Source of the DNA: an uncultured candidate division Zixibacteria bacterium
Lineage (GTDB): Bacteria > Zixibacteria > MSB-5A5 > GN15 > PGXB01
DNA length: 64,000 nt
Assembly (NCBI GenBank): GCA_963702205.1
Contig: OY969724.1
Coordinates: 1,792,001-1,856,000, forward strand
Direction: 5' to 3'
The stretch's first letter is position 1, and the number at the start of each line of letters is the position of its first letter. Shown here one piece after another: positions 50,472 to 60,528 of this stretch. A program made the position numbers and the translations under genes. The notes below the pieces were generated by a model. That model did no database searches, had not been told where the DNA came from, and saw only the letters and a program-made list of their open reading frames with translations.

Positions 50472-51866
50472 TTAGGACTTCTTCAGTTCTGCGACTTTTT
50501 TCCTGGCTTCGGCGGCTTTGTCGGGCTTGCCGTTGGTCGAATAAAGGTCGGCCAGCAGTTCCCACACGGCCAGATCCCTGGGATCAAGCTCCACCGCTTT
50601 TTCATAGGCGGGGATAGCCTGCTTGAATTTCTCCTGACGAATCAGGCAGTCGCCCAAACTCACCCAATGGCTTTTGACATCGGGTTCCAGTTTCGTCAAA
50701 ACCTCGTAGGCTTTTTCGGCGTTTTCGTTGTTGCCCCGAACGACGCTGACGACCGCGTACTGCTCGACGGCCCTGGCATTGTCCGGTTCTTTTTCGAACA
50801 CGACTTTAAGATAAGCCGCCGATGAATCCAGCGCCGCATCGCGTTCGGCCATAAAGCTTTTGGCCGCGGTTTCATTGCCGTCCTGCTGAGCGGTTTTGAC
50901 CGAATCAGACAATCCCGAAGATTTCTGCAGGAAATAGCGGCCGTTGTCCAGATAAGAAGCCGTCTGTTCCGGATCGACTGATATAACTTTGGTATTATAA
51001 AAGTAGGCCGAATCGGGCATGCCCGCGTTGGTGAAGCAGATGGCCAGATTAGACATGATACCGGCCCGTACGTCGGTCGCCGATTCCGGCAGCTTGGCCA
51101 GGTACTTTTTGAACCAGGTGATGCTGTTTACCCAGTCTTGTCGCTTAATATAGGCATAGGCGATGTTCTGAAGAAGGCCGATCGAATCGGGGGCCAGTTC
51201 AGAGGCTTTTTTATAATACACCATCGAGGAATCATAGTTTTGTTCCCGGTCGTACACCAATCCCAAACCTTCATAAGAACGAGCGTTGGTCGGGTGAACC
51301 AGTGACGCAATCGTGAAAAAGACCCGGGCGCTGTCGGCAATGCTCTTAAGTTGTTCTTCCATCGACGCCTTTTCGTCGTCGGAGGCCTGGTCCATGTTTT
51401 TTTTGAATTCGTCGTAGTGCTGTACGGTTATGACGCCCTGATTGAAATTTTCTCTCCAGTAAAACTCACCGATCGAATCGACGATTTTGATGAAGTCATC
51501 GCATTTCTTTTTCAGTTTGCTTTTTACGTCTTTGCTATCGCAGCTGGTCATCATGGAATCATAACTGGCCGCCATTTTGGCGATATTGTCGAGGCGTTCG
51601 GCGGGATCGTAGGTGTCATTGGCAAACTGGGCGTAAATGTTACCCTTATAGAAATAAGCTTCAGGATACGGACCGTGGAAAGTAAGGATCGTATCCAAAA
51701 ATCCCAGAGCTTCATCGAGACGCGGCGGTGACGCCAGCATAGCGATTTTAACCGCTTTGATATAAGCATCGGCCGGTTTTACACCCCGGGGCAGTTTGTC
51801 CGCCAGAGTCGGTATTGCCAGCGAAAACAAAATCAACGCAATTATGGTCGCTTTTAAAGATTTCAT
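50472..51866 (-). CDS. Secreted TPR protein
   Basis: Signal peptide and multiple TPR-like repeats. Confidence 0.85.
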   Translation of the reverse strand: MKSLKATIIALILFSLAIPTLADKLPRGVKPADAYIKAVKIAMLASPPRLDEALGFLDTILTFHGPYPEAYFYKGNIYAQFANDTYDPAERLDNIAKMAASYDSMMTSCDSKDVKSKLKKKCDDFIKIVDSIGEFYWRENFNQGVITVQHYDEFKKNMDQASDDEKASMEEQLKSIADSARVFFTIASLVHPTNARSYEGLGLVYDREQNYDSSMVYYKKASELAPDSIGLLQNIAYAYIKRQDWVNSITWFKKYLAKLPESATDVRAGIMSNLAICFTNAGMPDSAYFYNTKVISVDPEQTASYLDNGRYFLQKSSGLSDSVKTAQQDGNETAAKSFMAERDAALDSSAAYLKVVFEKEPDNARAVEQYAVVSVVRGNNENAEKAYEVLTKLEPDVKSHWVSLGDCLIRQEKFKQAIPAYEKAVELDPRDLAVWELLADLYSTNGKPDKAAEARKKVAELKKS

Positions 51867-51959
51867 ATTTTCCTCCCGATCACGGTTTTCATTCTTTTAA
51901 GCATAACAGGCCTCGAATTTAATATCTTTTCGACGGGGTGTCAAGTTGCAATCCTTATC

Positions 51960-53315
51960 TTAATGAGTGGTACGCACCTTAAAGGTTACGACCGTCTTTC
52001 CATTGGCCGCCACCGGCACGACAAACTTGATCGTGCTGGCATCGGTTTTTTCGTATTCATGCGACGATTGCAGAATCTCCCAGTCGCCGTACAAATTTTT
52101 CTCGATGTTGACCGTAATATCCTGATCCTTATGGTTGCGCAGGGTCATCTCGATGGTCTGCTCGTCGATCTGGTTCGAAATTTTGCTAAAGTCCTTGACT
52201 TTCATCTCGCCCTTGACATCGAAAGCACTGCCGATGGTCAGTTTGACTTCCTCGTCCCTGGGGGTGTGGTCGATGCGGTCCTCGCCGAGGAGGATCATGC
52301 TTTTGTCGGTATCGGCCTTGAAAATGCGGACGCGTCCGGCGGGCAGCGGCATGCCCAGGCCGGTTTCTTTGCTGTTCTTAAATTTCAGTTTGACACTGAC
52401 ACTTTTGTCATCCTGGTCGGGGTTATAATCATACACTTTGTCCACCGCGGTTGTGGCCGGGTCAAAAAGCGATATCTGTTTGATTTCATTGTTGGCCAGT
52501 GTCGCCGGGCGGGGCAGAGTATAGAGATGATATTCGAAGAAGGCCTTTTCTTCGAAGCCGGGGGCCGGGGCCTTGGCCGAGAATTTGAGAGATTCCATCA
52601 TGCCTCGGTCGCGCTGTACCGGGGCGCGATTGATATTTCCGGCCACCAGCTTGAGGGTGGCGTCCGTATAGGTGGCGCCGCTGTTGTTGGTTATCGAGGC
52701 CCAGCCGTTGAGCCCCATTGTTTTTTCGTCGTTGGACAATATCCCGACGTACTCGGCCGTCCAGTTCATACCGCCGGTTTGATAGCTGACGTGCGCGTCG
52801 GCCTTGCCGGTGAAACTCGAATTGTATTTCCAGAACAAGGTCGGTCGGGTAATCAGGCCTTCGGGCAGTTCCGGGAAATTGACATTGACAATCTGGTTGA
52901 GACTTATGATCTGGATTTTATCCGTTTTGTCTCTCAGGACCAGTGATCCCGAAGAGAAAGACAGCAGCGTGCCGCTGAAAAGCTGCCCGTCTTTATTGTA
53001 AAGGTCGATGTCTTTGTCTATGTATTTGGAATAGATTTTGTCTGGGGAAACGAGATCGTAAGCGTAATTCTGCTCGAGTATCGCGACGGATTTGGATTTG
53101 TCGACCAGCTCGAAGCCGACCGAGGTGGCGTCGATGGCGGTGGGCACGTCGACAAATGAAATGATTCCCGTGCCTTTCTGGAATTCCAGCGACCGCGTCT
53201 CGCGGATGACGCCGAGGTTGCTGTTGTATACGGTTACGTGAACGTCGGCGATGGCGGCCGAGGCCAGCAGGGTCAGAAACAATATTATAAACCACATGTT
53301 CTTTGCGGGGCGCAT
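51960..53315 (-). CDS. DUF4139 domain protein
   Basis: VTVYNSNLGVIRE, LEQNY.YDL, YHLYTL and GMPLPAGRVR. Confidence 0.88.
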   Translation of the reverse strand: MRPAKNMWFIILFLTLLASAAIADVHVTVYNSNLGVIRETRSLEFQKGTGIISFVDVPTAIDATSVGFELVDKSKSVAILEQNYAYDLVSPDKIYSKYIDKDIDLYNKDGQLFSGTLLSFSSGSLVLRDKTDKIQIISLNQIVNVNFPELPEGLITRPTLFWKYNSSFTGKADAHVSYQTGGMNWTAEYVGILSNDEKTMGLNGWASITNNSGATYTDATLKLVAGNINRAPVQRDRGMMESLKFSAKAPAPGFEEKAFFEYHLYTLPRPATLANNEIKQISLFDPATTAVDKVYDYNPDQDDKSVSVKLKFKNSKETGLGMPLPAGRVRIFKADTDKSMILLGEDRIDHTPRDEEVKLTIGSAFDVKGEMKVKDFSKISNQIDEQTIEMTLRNHKDQDITVNIEKNLYGDWEILQSSHEYEKTDASTIKFVVPVAANGKTVVTFKVRTTH

Positions 53316-53532
53316 AGTCTACTCCTTATTTTGAGAACTTTCAAAATACATTCTGTTTTTTATACAAAGACGATTGTGAATTCTTCCCGTTCAGGCAACA
53401 AAAAAAATTTGCATAAGTCAACGAAGCTGTTATCTTCAAGCCGGTTATGTATTTGCTTGAAATGGGGATAAAAAGGGAACCTGTTGGAGCCTGACCGATA
53501 TGACGAACCGGAGTTTGGTTTGAAAGGGAGAT

Positions 53533-54219
53533 TTGATTCTTTTGCAAAATGAAACCAATTATGACCTGAGGCATCTGGTGTGGGCGCCCAATTTATTGTC
53601 GCTGTCACGGCTGGTTCTGGCGCCGATAGTCGGGTATTTTCTCTGGCGAGGAGACGGGTCATCGACATTAATATGTCTGGCTCTATTGACCCTGGCCGGG
53701 ATAACGGATTTTCTCGACGGCTGGCTGGCGCGCCAGCTCAACAAGGTCAGCCCGCTGGGGATAACGCTCGATCCGCTGGCGGATAAATGTCTGGCCGTCA
53801 TTTTGATAATCGAATTGATTTTTTTCAGGGCTTTCCCGTGGTGGCTGGCGGCCTTGATAATCGGTCGGGATTTGTTGATTGTCATACTGGGATTGATAAT
53901 AATGCGCGACCGGCGGGTCTCGCTGCCGTCGAATATCACCGGCAAGTATTATTTTGCGTCGATTATGGTGCTGATTGCTTCATATATAATGAATTTTGAT
54001 TTTGGCCAAATGCTGATGACAGCTATCGTGCTGGCTTTGTTTGCGCTGTCGGCGGTGTTTTATGCCGGCCGTTTTGCGGCGCTGAAAAGGCATCGCAGAC
54101 AGGCGGCGTTCAAAGACCGGGCAGTATTTAAAGCAATCAGGGCGGTGGTGACGATTGCCATAAGCGTCATATATCTTTCAAAATTATATGTCGATATTAT
54201 CGGGCCGGGGTTAAATTAA
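53533..54219 (+). CDS. CDP-alcohol phosphatidyltransferase (PgsA-like)
   Basis: PNLLSLSRL and DFLDGWLAR...G..LDPLADK; start uncertain. Confidence 0.92.
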   Translation: MILLQNETNYDLRHLVWAPNLLSLSRLVLAPIVGYFLWRGDGSSTLICLALLTLAGITDFLDGWLARQLNKVSPLGITLDPLADKCLAVILIIELIFFRAFPWWLAALIIGRDLLIVILGLIIMRDRRVSLPSNITGKYYFASIMVLIASYIMNFDFGQMLMTAIVLALFALSAVFYAGRFAALKRHRRQAAFKDRAVFKAIRAVVTIAISVIYLSKLYVDIIGPGLN

Positions 54220-54223
54220 TATC

Positions 54224-54841
54224 ATGATTCAGCTGGAAGCGATTGATCTGTCCAAGTCGTTCGGGGCGCGACGGATTTTCGAAAAGATTTCTTTCTCGAC
54301 CGGCTCCGGCCAAAGCCTGGCGATCACCGGCCCGAACGGTTCCGGAAAGAGCACTATGATCCACATTCTGACCGGGTTGGGGAGGGCCACGTCGGGGACG
54401 GTGCAGTACTCCGGCGATGCGGGCAAGCTGGCGTTCGAAAAGTATCACGATCGCATGAGCGTCGTGACGCCGTACCACGAGCTTTATGACGCTCTGACCG
54501 CTTTTGAAAATGTCGGTTTTTATACCCGGATGTCGGGGCGGGAAGTGTCGCGGCCGGATATGGATGAGGCCTTGAAATCTGTCGGACTGGCCGGGCGGGG
54601 CGACGACGCGGTGGGGTCGTATTCTTCGGGAATGAAACAGCGTCTTAAGTACGCTCTGGCCAGACTGCGCCGGCCGGAAATTCTGCTGCTCGACGAACCG
54701 ACGGCATACCTCGATGAATCAGGCAGGAAGTTGATATTAGAATTTCTTAAATCGGTGAAAAATTCAGCTCTGATAGTCATCGCCACCAATGAACGGGAGG
54801 AGGCGGATTTTGCCGACCGTGTCTGTCAGTTGGGCGGATAA
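54224..54841 (+). CDS. ccmA: Heme exporter ATP-binding protein CcmA
   Basis: GPNGSGKST, YSSGMKQR and LLDEP; operon context. Confidence 0.88.
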   Translation: MIQLEAIDLSKSFGARRIFEKISFSTGSGQSLAITGPNGSGKSTMIHILTGLGRATSGTVQYSGDAGKLAFEKYHDRMSVVTPYHELYDALTAFENVGFYTRMSGREVSRPDMDEALKSVGLAGRGDDAVGSYSSGMKQRLKYALARLRRPEILLLDEPTAYLDESGRKLILEFLKSVKNSALIVIATNEREEADFADRVCQLGG

Positions 54842-55493
54842 AATTCTGACCGTGTTCAAGAAGGAAATGTTGTCCGAGTTTCGGACCCGGTATGCCTTCA
54901 ACGCCATTATAATGTTTTCTCTGGTTACTTTGACGGTGGTTTCGTTTTCGCTCGGGATTAACCGGCCGGGACCGGAAGTGATGGCGGCGCTGTTCTGGAT
55001 TATTCTTTTTTTCGCGGCGGCCTCGGGCCTGGCTCAGGTTTTTGTAAAAGAAGAAGAAGCTCATACGGCCGGATATCTGCGGCTTTACGCCCCGGCGACG
55101 GCGGTTTTGATCGGGAAGATAATATTCAACCTGTTTTTATTGATATGCATGGCGGTTTTGCTGGTCCCTCTTTATATAATATTGCTCGATACCGTCCCGC
55201 AGAATTTTACGTTGTTTATAATCGGGCTGCTTCTGGGGATAATCGGGCTGGCCGGTTCGACGACTATAATTGCGGCTATCGTATCACGGGCATCGATTAA
55301 AGGCGCATTGTTCGCAGTACTTTCTTTCCCGGTGTTATTGCCGCTTCTGGTGGCGGCCATCGAGATAACGCTGGTTTCGTTTACCGGCGGGAATTTCGCG
55401 GCGGCTGGGTCGGCTTTGCAACTTTTATTGGCTTATGATGTTGTAATGTTGACGCTGTCAATAATGTTGTTTGATTTTGTCTGGCAACTTTAA
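54789..55493 (+). CDS. ccmB: Heme exporter CcmB
   Basis: Hydrophobic; LFAVLSFPVLLPLL; true start may be 54810 or 54819. Confidence 0.9.
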   Translation: MNGRRRILPTVSVSWADKILTVFKKEMLSEFRTRYAFNAIIMFSLVTLTVVSFSLGINRPGPEVMAALFWIILFFAAASGLAQVFVKEEEAHTAGYLRLYAPATAVLIGKIIFNLFLLICMAVLLVPLYIILLDTVPQNFTLFIIGLLLGIIGLAGSTTIIAAIVSRASIKGALFAVLSFPVLLPLLVAAIEITLVSFTGGNFAAAGSALQLLLAYDVVMLTLSIMLFDFVWQL

Positions 55494-55531
55494 TATATTG
55501 GCGGCGTGATTATGGAGAAATAGAATCTATT

Positions 55532-56206
55532 ATGTTGAAATTGTTGATATTCCCCGCCATGGCGCTGGTGATAATCCTGGCGTTCGTTCTTCCGTCGCCG
55601 ATGAACCCCCAGATATCGCTGGGGCCGGTCGACGCCTATCGTATTTTCTATTTCCACGTCCCGGCGGCCTGGGTGGCGGCGCTTTCGTTCGTGGTCGGCA
55701 TGTTTCAATCTATAATGTATCTGCGGACGAAAGACATGGACTACGACCGCAAGGCTCTCGCGGCCAATAAGCTTGGAATCGTGTTTGCGGCGATCGCCCT
55801 CGTAACCGGTTCTATTTTCGCCAAAATGACCTGGGGTGAGTTCTGGAACTGGTCGGAGATCCGTGAGGTGTCGCTGTTTATTCTTTTGCTTATATATGGC
55901 GGCTATTTCGCCCTGCGCTCGGCATTGAACGACGACGACGTGCGGGCATCGTTTTCGGCCGTAATGACGATTATATTTACAGTCGCGGCTCTGTTTTTGA
56001 TTTTTGTCCTGCCGCGCATTTATCCGGCCTTTTCGCAACACCCGAGCGATACCATTGTCGACAATCAGGGCAAGATGTCTTTATCGCCTATGGTTGCAAT
56101 TGTATTCGGTTTATCCATGGTGACTTACACGGCTCTTTACTTCTGGCTGTATGATTTGACGATCCGGGTGGACCGTTATATTTACAAACTTATATCGGAG
56201 AAATAA
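55532..56206 (+). CDS. ccmC: Heme chaperone CcmC
   Basis: IFYFHVPAAW, TGSIFAKMTWGEFWNW and QHP. Confidence 0.92.
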   Translation: MLKLLIFPAMALVIILAFVLPSPMNPQISLGPVDAYRIFYFHVPAAWVAALSFVVGMFQSIMYLRTKDMDYDRKALAANKLGIVFAAIALVTGSIFAKMTWGEFWNWSEIREVSLFILLLIYGGYFALRSALNDDDVRASFSAVMTIIFTVAALFLIFVLPRIYPAFSQHPSDTIVDNQGKMSLSPMVAIVFGLSMVTYTALYFWLYDLTIRVDRYIYKLISEK

Positions 56207-56207
56207 T

Positions 56208-56324
56208 ATGGATGTCAACTATATAGTTATGGTCGTCGTATTAATTGTTTGGACGGGAGTATTTTTGTACGTCTGGTCCGTTGACAGGAAACTCAAAACA
56301 CTGGAAAAACGGGATGAAGGCTAA
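56208..56324 (+). CDS. ccmD: CcmD-like small membrane protein (not in ORF track)
   Basis: MDVNYIVMVVVLIVWTGVFLYVWSVDRKLKTLEKRDEG; GGAG RBS; lies between ccmC and ccmE. Confidence 0.85.
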   Translation: MDVNYIVMVVVLIVWTGVFLYVWSVDRKLKTLEKRDEG

Positions 56325-56709
56325 ATATATAATCGGATCGGTTGTCATCGTTCTTTTCGGCATCTGGGGCACCTCGGCCTTCCTCGAGACGACCGTAAAA
56401 TACGTCTCTTTCGCCCAAGCCGAAAAATCCGGAAAAATCGTCCAGGTCAGCGGTAAGGTCGATTTCGATCAGGTTCATTACGATGCCGATCAAAAACAGC
56501 TGGAATTTGTCATGATCGAGCCGGACAGTCTTCACACCGGAATCGAGAACCGCATGAAAGTCGTGTATCACGGAATCATTCCGGGCAATTTCGATCAGGC
56601 CAAATCGGTCATGGTCCGGGGGAGGGTGACCGACGGTGAATTCGTGGCCGAAAAACTTTATGTCAAATGCCCTTCAAAATATCAAGCCCAGATGGATCAA
56701 TCGGGATAA
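56314..56709 (+). CDS. ccmE: Cytochrome c maturation protein CcmE (CxxxY variant)
   Basis: N-terminal TM helix and KCPSKY motif; start at MKAKYII. Confidence 0.92.
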   Translation: MKAKYIIGSVVIVLFGIWGTSAFLETTVKYVSFAQAEKSGKIVQVSGKVDFDQVHYDADQKQLEFVMIEPDSLHTGIENRMKVVYHGIIPGNFDQAKSVMVRGRVTDGEFVAEKLYVKCPSKYQAQMDQSG

Positions 56710-56718
56710 AGGAATATC

Positions 56719-59052
56719 ATGAGTATAACAACAATCGGCGATCTGGCTCTGTTTTTGACTATGATTATGGCGCTGCTCGCGAGCGCGTCGTTTTTTGTCA
56801 CCGCGTCGGGCAAAAGGAATCTGGCCTGGCTCGGCAAGCGCGCGTACGCGCTGCAGTTTGTGTTCGCCATCGCGGCCGCGGTCTATTTGTACTATCTGAT
56901 ATTTTCGCATAATTTTTCGGTGGCGTACGTATATCAATATTCGTCATCGGACATGAACTTTTTCTATACGTTCGCATCGTTCTGGGCCGGGCAGGAAGGC
57001 ACCTACCTGCTCTGGATGCTGCTGACGGGATTCTTCGGGTTCTTCATTCTTAAGTGGGGCCGTCAGTACACCGTCCCGGCGATGGGCTTCTATTCGATAA
57101 TCATACTTTTTTTCTCGGTCGTACTGCTTAACCTGTCGCCGTTCGTAATGCGTGCGTCATCGGCCGCCGAAGGAGCCGGGTTGAACCCATTGCTGATGGA
57201 CCCGTGGATGGTGATCCATCCGCCGGTCATGTTCAGCGGCTTTGCCCTTGGCGGAGCACCGTTCGCGCTGGCGATGGGGGCGATGTGGCGCAGGGATTTC
57301 GCGGGGTGGACCAAAGTCGCCCTGCCGTTTGTTTTGGGCATGGCACTGTTTCTGTTGGCCGGAAATGCCATGGGCGGCTACTGGGCCTACAAGACTCTCG
57401 GATGGGGCGGTTACTGGGCCTGGGATCCGGTCGAGAACACGTCGTTCGTGCCGTGGATAATGTCGCTGGCTTTGATTCACGGATTCCTCGTGGAGCGCCG
57501 TTCGGGAGCGCTGAGACGGTCCAATCTACTTATGGCCTGTTTTGTTTTTCTCCTGACCCTGTATGGAACTTTCCTGACTCGATCCGGTGTCCTGGCCGAT
57601 TTTTCCGTCCATTCGTTTGTCGATATGGGCATAAATTCCTTCCTGATATTCTTCATGCTCCTGTTTGTCGTGCTGATATTGTTGGTGTTCTGGAAATCCC
57701 ACTCGGAAGACAGAATCGGCAAACCGCTCAACTATAATATAATGTCGCGAGAATTTATTTTATTTGTCGGGATGATGCTGCTGTTCGTAGTCGGGATCAT
57801 TGTCGAGTTCTGGGCGTCACTGCCTTTGGTTACGCGCTACCTGACCGATAACCCGTCGGCCGCCGAAGTGGCCACTTATAATGCTTTCGCTTTCCCTCTG
57901 GCGATTTTGATCGCGCTCTTCCTGACGCTTACACCGCTTGTGAACGGGTCGGAAAAACACCTGAAAAGCTCCATGAAATGGGCGATGATGTCTTTTGGGG
58001 CGGCTCTGGCATTGGCGGTCATAGCTTTCTTTACTGCGGGCATTAATCCGGCCATCGCGCTGGTAATTACGATATATCTGGGGACCTGTTTTACGTATCT
58101 GCAGTTCGTGTCGATACGCAGCCGCCTGCTGTTGTCGATGGGGATTGGCGCCGGGGCGGTAATTATCGCGTTGCTGCTCGGAGCGCACGATCTGGCCAAC
58201 CTGTTCTTTATCGGAGCGGCGGCCAGCGCGGCCAGTGCCCAGATCGATACGGCGCTCAGGATAGTCAAGGTAAAACCGCTGGCGGCCGGCGGGTATGTCT
58301 GTCATCTCGGATTCGGCCTGATGCTTCTTGGGATTATCTCATCGTCGGCCTACGCGCAAAGCGAAAAAATCAGCCTGCCGCGCGGCCAGGTTAAGGAAGT
58401 GTTCGGGTATAATGTAATTTATCGCGGTATGGACGGGACCATAATGAACGACAACAACCAGTTGCTGATATCCATGAATAATGCCAGGACATCTCTCGAA
58501 GCGCGTCCCGATTATTTCTTCGTTCCCCGTATGAACGCCTATATGAAACGGCCCTATATAGATAAAAGCTTTTTGCTCGACCTGTATGTGTCGCCGATAG
58601 AACTTATCGACCACGGCCAGGCCGGTGGTTTAAAACTGATTAAAGGTGACTCTGCGACGGTCGGCGACTATCAGATAAAATTCGTCGACTTCGATATGGG
58701 AGATCATGGCTCGCCTGGCAAAATTTCTGTCGGGGCGACGCTTGAAGTAACGCACGACGGACGGACCGAGACGGTTGAGCCGAAGTTGAATATGGGTGAC
58801 GAAACCGGCGGGAAGCTGGAATCGACTCCTATTAAGCTATTTAAAGGCAGCGATTTGATGGTTAGTATCGACCGGGTTTCTCCGACCGAACGTTCGGTGG
58901 TGCTGGATATACCGGGGTTGGCCGAAGTAGCTGCACCCGATGAACTGGTGCTCGATGTGACCAAAAAGCCGGGGATAAGTTTGCTCTGGCTCGGAACGAT
59001 TTTGGCCCTTGGGGGCGTCGCGATGATAGCGGTTTACCGCCGCCGACCATAA
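56719..59052 (+). CDS. ccmF: Cytochrome c heme lyase CcmF
   Basis: WAGQEG, GLNPLL, HPP, LGWGGYWAWDPVEN and SVHSF. Confidence 0.95.
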   Translation: MSITTIGDLALFLTMIMALLASASFFVTASGKRNLAWLGKRAYALQFVFAIAAAVYLYYLIFSHNFSVAYVYQYSSSDMNFFYTFASFWAGQEGTYLLWMLLTGFFGFFILKWGRQYTVPAMGFYSIIILFFSVVLLNLSPFVMRASSAAEGAGLNPLLMDPWMVIHPPVMFSGFALGGAPFALAMGAMWRRDFAGWTKVALPFVLGMALFLLAGNAMGGYWAYKTLGWGGYWAWDPVENTSFVPWIMSLALIHGFLVERRSGALRRSNLLMACFVFLLTLYGTFLTRSGVLADFSVHSFVDMGINSFLIFFMLLFVVLILLVFWKSHSEDRIGKPLNYNIMSREFILFVGMMLLFVVGIIVEFWASLPLVTRYLTDNPSAAEVATYNAFAFPLAILIALFLTLTPLVNGSEKHLKSSMKWAMMSFGAALALAVIAFFTAGINPAIALVITIYLGTCFTYLQFVSIRSRLLLSMGIGAGAVIIALLLGAHDLANLFFIGAAASAASAQIDTALRIVKVKPLAAGGYVCHLGFGLMLLGIISSSAYAQSEKISLPRGQVKEVFGYNVIYRGMDGTIMNDNNQLLISMNNARTSLEARPDYFFVPRMNAYMKRPYIDKSFLLDLYVSPIELIDHGQAGGLKLIKGDSATVGDYQIKFVDFDMGDHGSPGKISVGATLEVTHDGRTETVEPKLNMGDETGGKLESTPIKLFKGSDLMVSIDRVSPTERSVVLDIPGLAEVAAPDELVLDVTKKPGISLLWLGTILALGGVAMIAVYRRRP

Positions 59053-59298
59053 GGTTCGGAACGGTTGGGCCTTTTTTTATAAATATGCCCGTGATGCCCA
59101 AAATAAATTTACAAGACTTTTGGGACAATAAGATTATGCCGGTCAATGACATATTTAAAAACAGAACGAACTGGACAAAAGAAGTCCATAATATTTTAAA
59201 AAAAAGTCTTGTTTTTTCAAAAAAATTCGATATTCTTTGCAACGAAGCCAATTCTATTGGCGTATAACATATGCCTTACACATAGTCCCTCCCAGAAG

Positions 59299-59326
59299 GA
59301 TGTCGCCTTAACCGGCGGCATCTTTT
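59299..59326 (+). terminator. Intrinsic terminator not directly following a CDS
   Basis: GATGTCGCC-TTAACC-GGCGGCATC-TTTT. Confidence 0.75.
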
Positions 59327-59439
59327 ATTTTGAGGGAGGCTTTTTCTATTGACTTGGGGGCAGGCACTTACGATATTGTTTTATCTCGAAAGAGTACCAA
59401 CTTACAACAATATTTGGCTTTCGTAATGACTTACAGAGG

Positions 59440-59835
59440 TTGACAATGCCATTTAATATGAATTTTACCATTGATGTCGATCCGGAACGTCGTTTGGTTC
59501 TGGAAAAAATCTATGGTATCTGGAAACAAGAAACGGCTGAGGATTATTATAAGGAATTCTCCGACGCGGTGGCTCCTTTGACCGACGGCAAGTGGGCCAA
59601 ACTCATAAACTTATGCAACTGGAAATCGTCGTATCCGGAAATCCTCGAAGTTATCGGCAAACATTTGAAATGGTGCCGTGAGCACGGTATGGTCTGGTCG
59701 ATCAATATAATCGACAACCCGACCACCATCAAACAGCTCAAAAAGATGTTTGCGATCGGGGGCACCGAGGAAATCAGCAAGATTTTCAAAACCCAGGAAG
59801 AGGGCGAGAAATTCCTTAGAAGCCAGGGTTTTTAG
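59440..59835 (+). CDS. Hypothetical protein (possibly STAS/SEC14-like)
   Basis: 131 aa ORF with AGAGG RBS and plausible globular composition. Confidence 0.65.
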   Translation: MTMPFNMNFTIDVDPERRLVLEKIYGIWKQETAEDYYKEFSDAVAPLTDGKWAKLINLCNWKSSYPEILEVIGKHLKWCREHGMVWSINIIDNPTTIKQLKKMFAIGGTEEISKIFKTQEEGEKFLRSQGF

Positions 59836-59972
59836 TCGCGGGTCCGTCTGCAGTCTTTTTCAATATCCGTGATTAATCGTTCATCGTGGAATATGCCGGG
59901 CCGCATTGCATGCAGCCTATGTTATTTTATTGCACGGCGTTAGCTGTTCAGTGACATCATCCGAAAGATGGC

Positions 59973-60479
59973 ATGAAATTTACAGTATATGATACTGATA
60001 AAATGGATGCCACCATAAGAGACATATTCGGTTTCGGGAATTTTATGTTCCTGTCGGGGCTTGTCGCCGCCGGGCTGTTTTTTGCCATGGCCGCCCTGAG
60101 GGAAATGCAGACCGGGACAGTCGAAGCGCTGTTGTTTCTGGCGCTGTCCATCTTTTTTTTCATAGTCCATTTCGTTTTGATAGGTGTCAATTACAATATC
60201 CCGACTTTGGGTGTTTTCCAGAATAATTATACCGTGCAAAGCTGGTTTCTCGAAGTACTCGGACCGGCCGTGGTGCTGCTATTGATGTTGATTGGGGCTT
60301 TAAATATAGTACAGCAGCGTTTCAGCGAAGCCGTGATTAAGCTGGTTTTCGGTTTGGGGATTTGGGCACTTTTGAATGAAATGGGCCGGGCCTGCCCGGA
60401 GCCCGCTAAAATAGTTCTATTGGTCCTGACCGCCGCAACCTGGATCGGTTTGGAACTTCGCGCTACGCCGGAAATGTAA
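59973..60479 (+). CDS. Hypothetical membrane protein
   Basis: About five hydrophobic segments. Confidence 0.65.
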   Translation: MKFTVYDTDKMDATIRDIFGFGNFMFLSGLVAAGLFFAMAALREMQTGTVEALLFLALSIFFFIVHFVLIGVNYNIPTLGVFQNNYTVQSWFLEVLGPAVVLLLMLIGALNIVQQRFSEAVIKLVFGLGIWALLNEMGRACPEPAKIVLLVLTAATWIGLELRATPEM

Positions 60480-60528
60480 CCGGCCCTGACTTGATTTAAT
60501 TCCAATAAAAATCTATATATTTACCCCC

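Noticed and set aside
59085..59267. 60-aa ORF after ccmF
   Set aside because: AT-rich promoter-like sequence with no RBS and no recognisable features.
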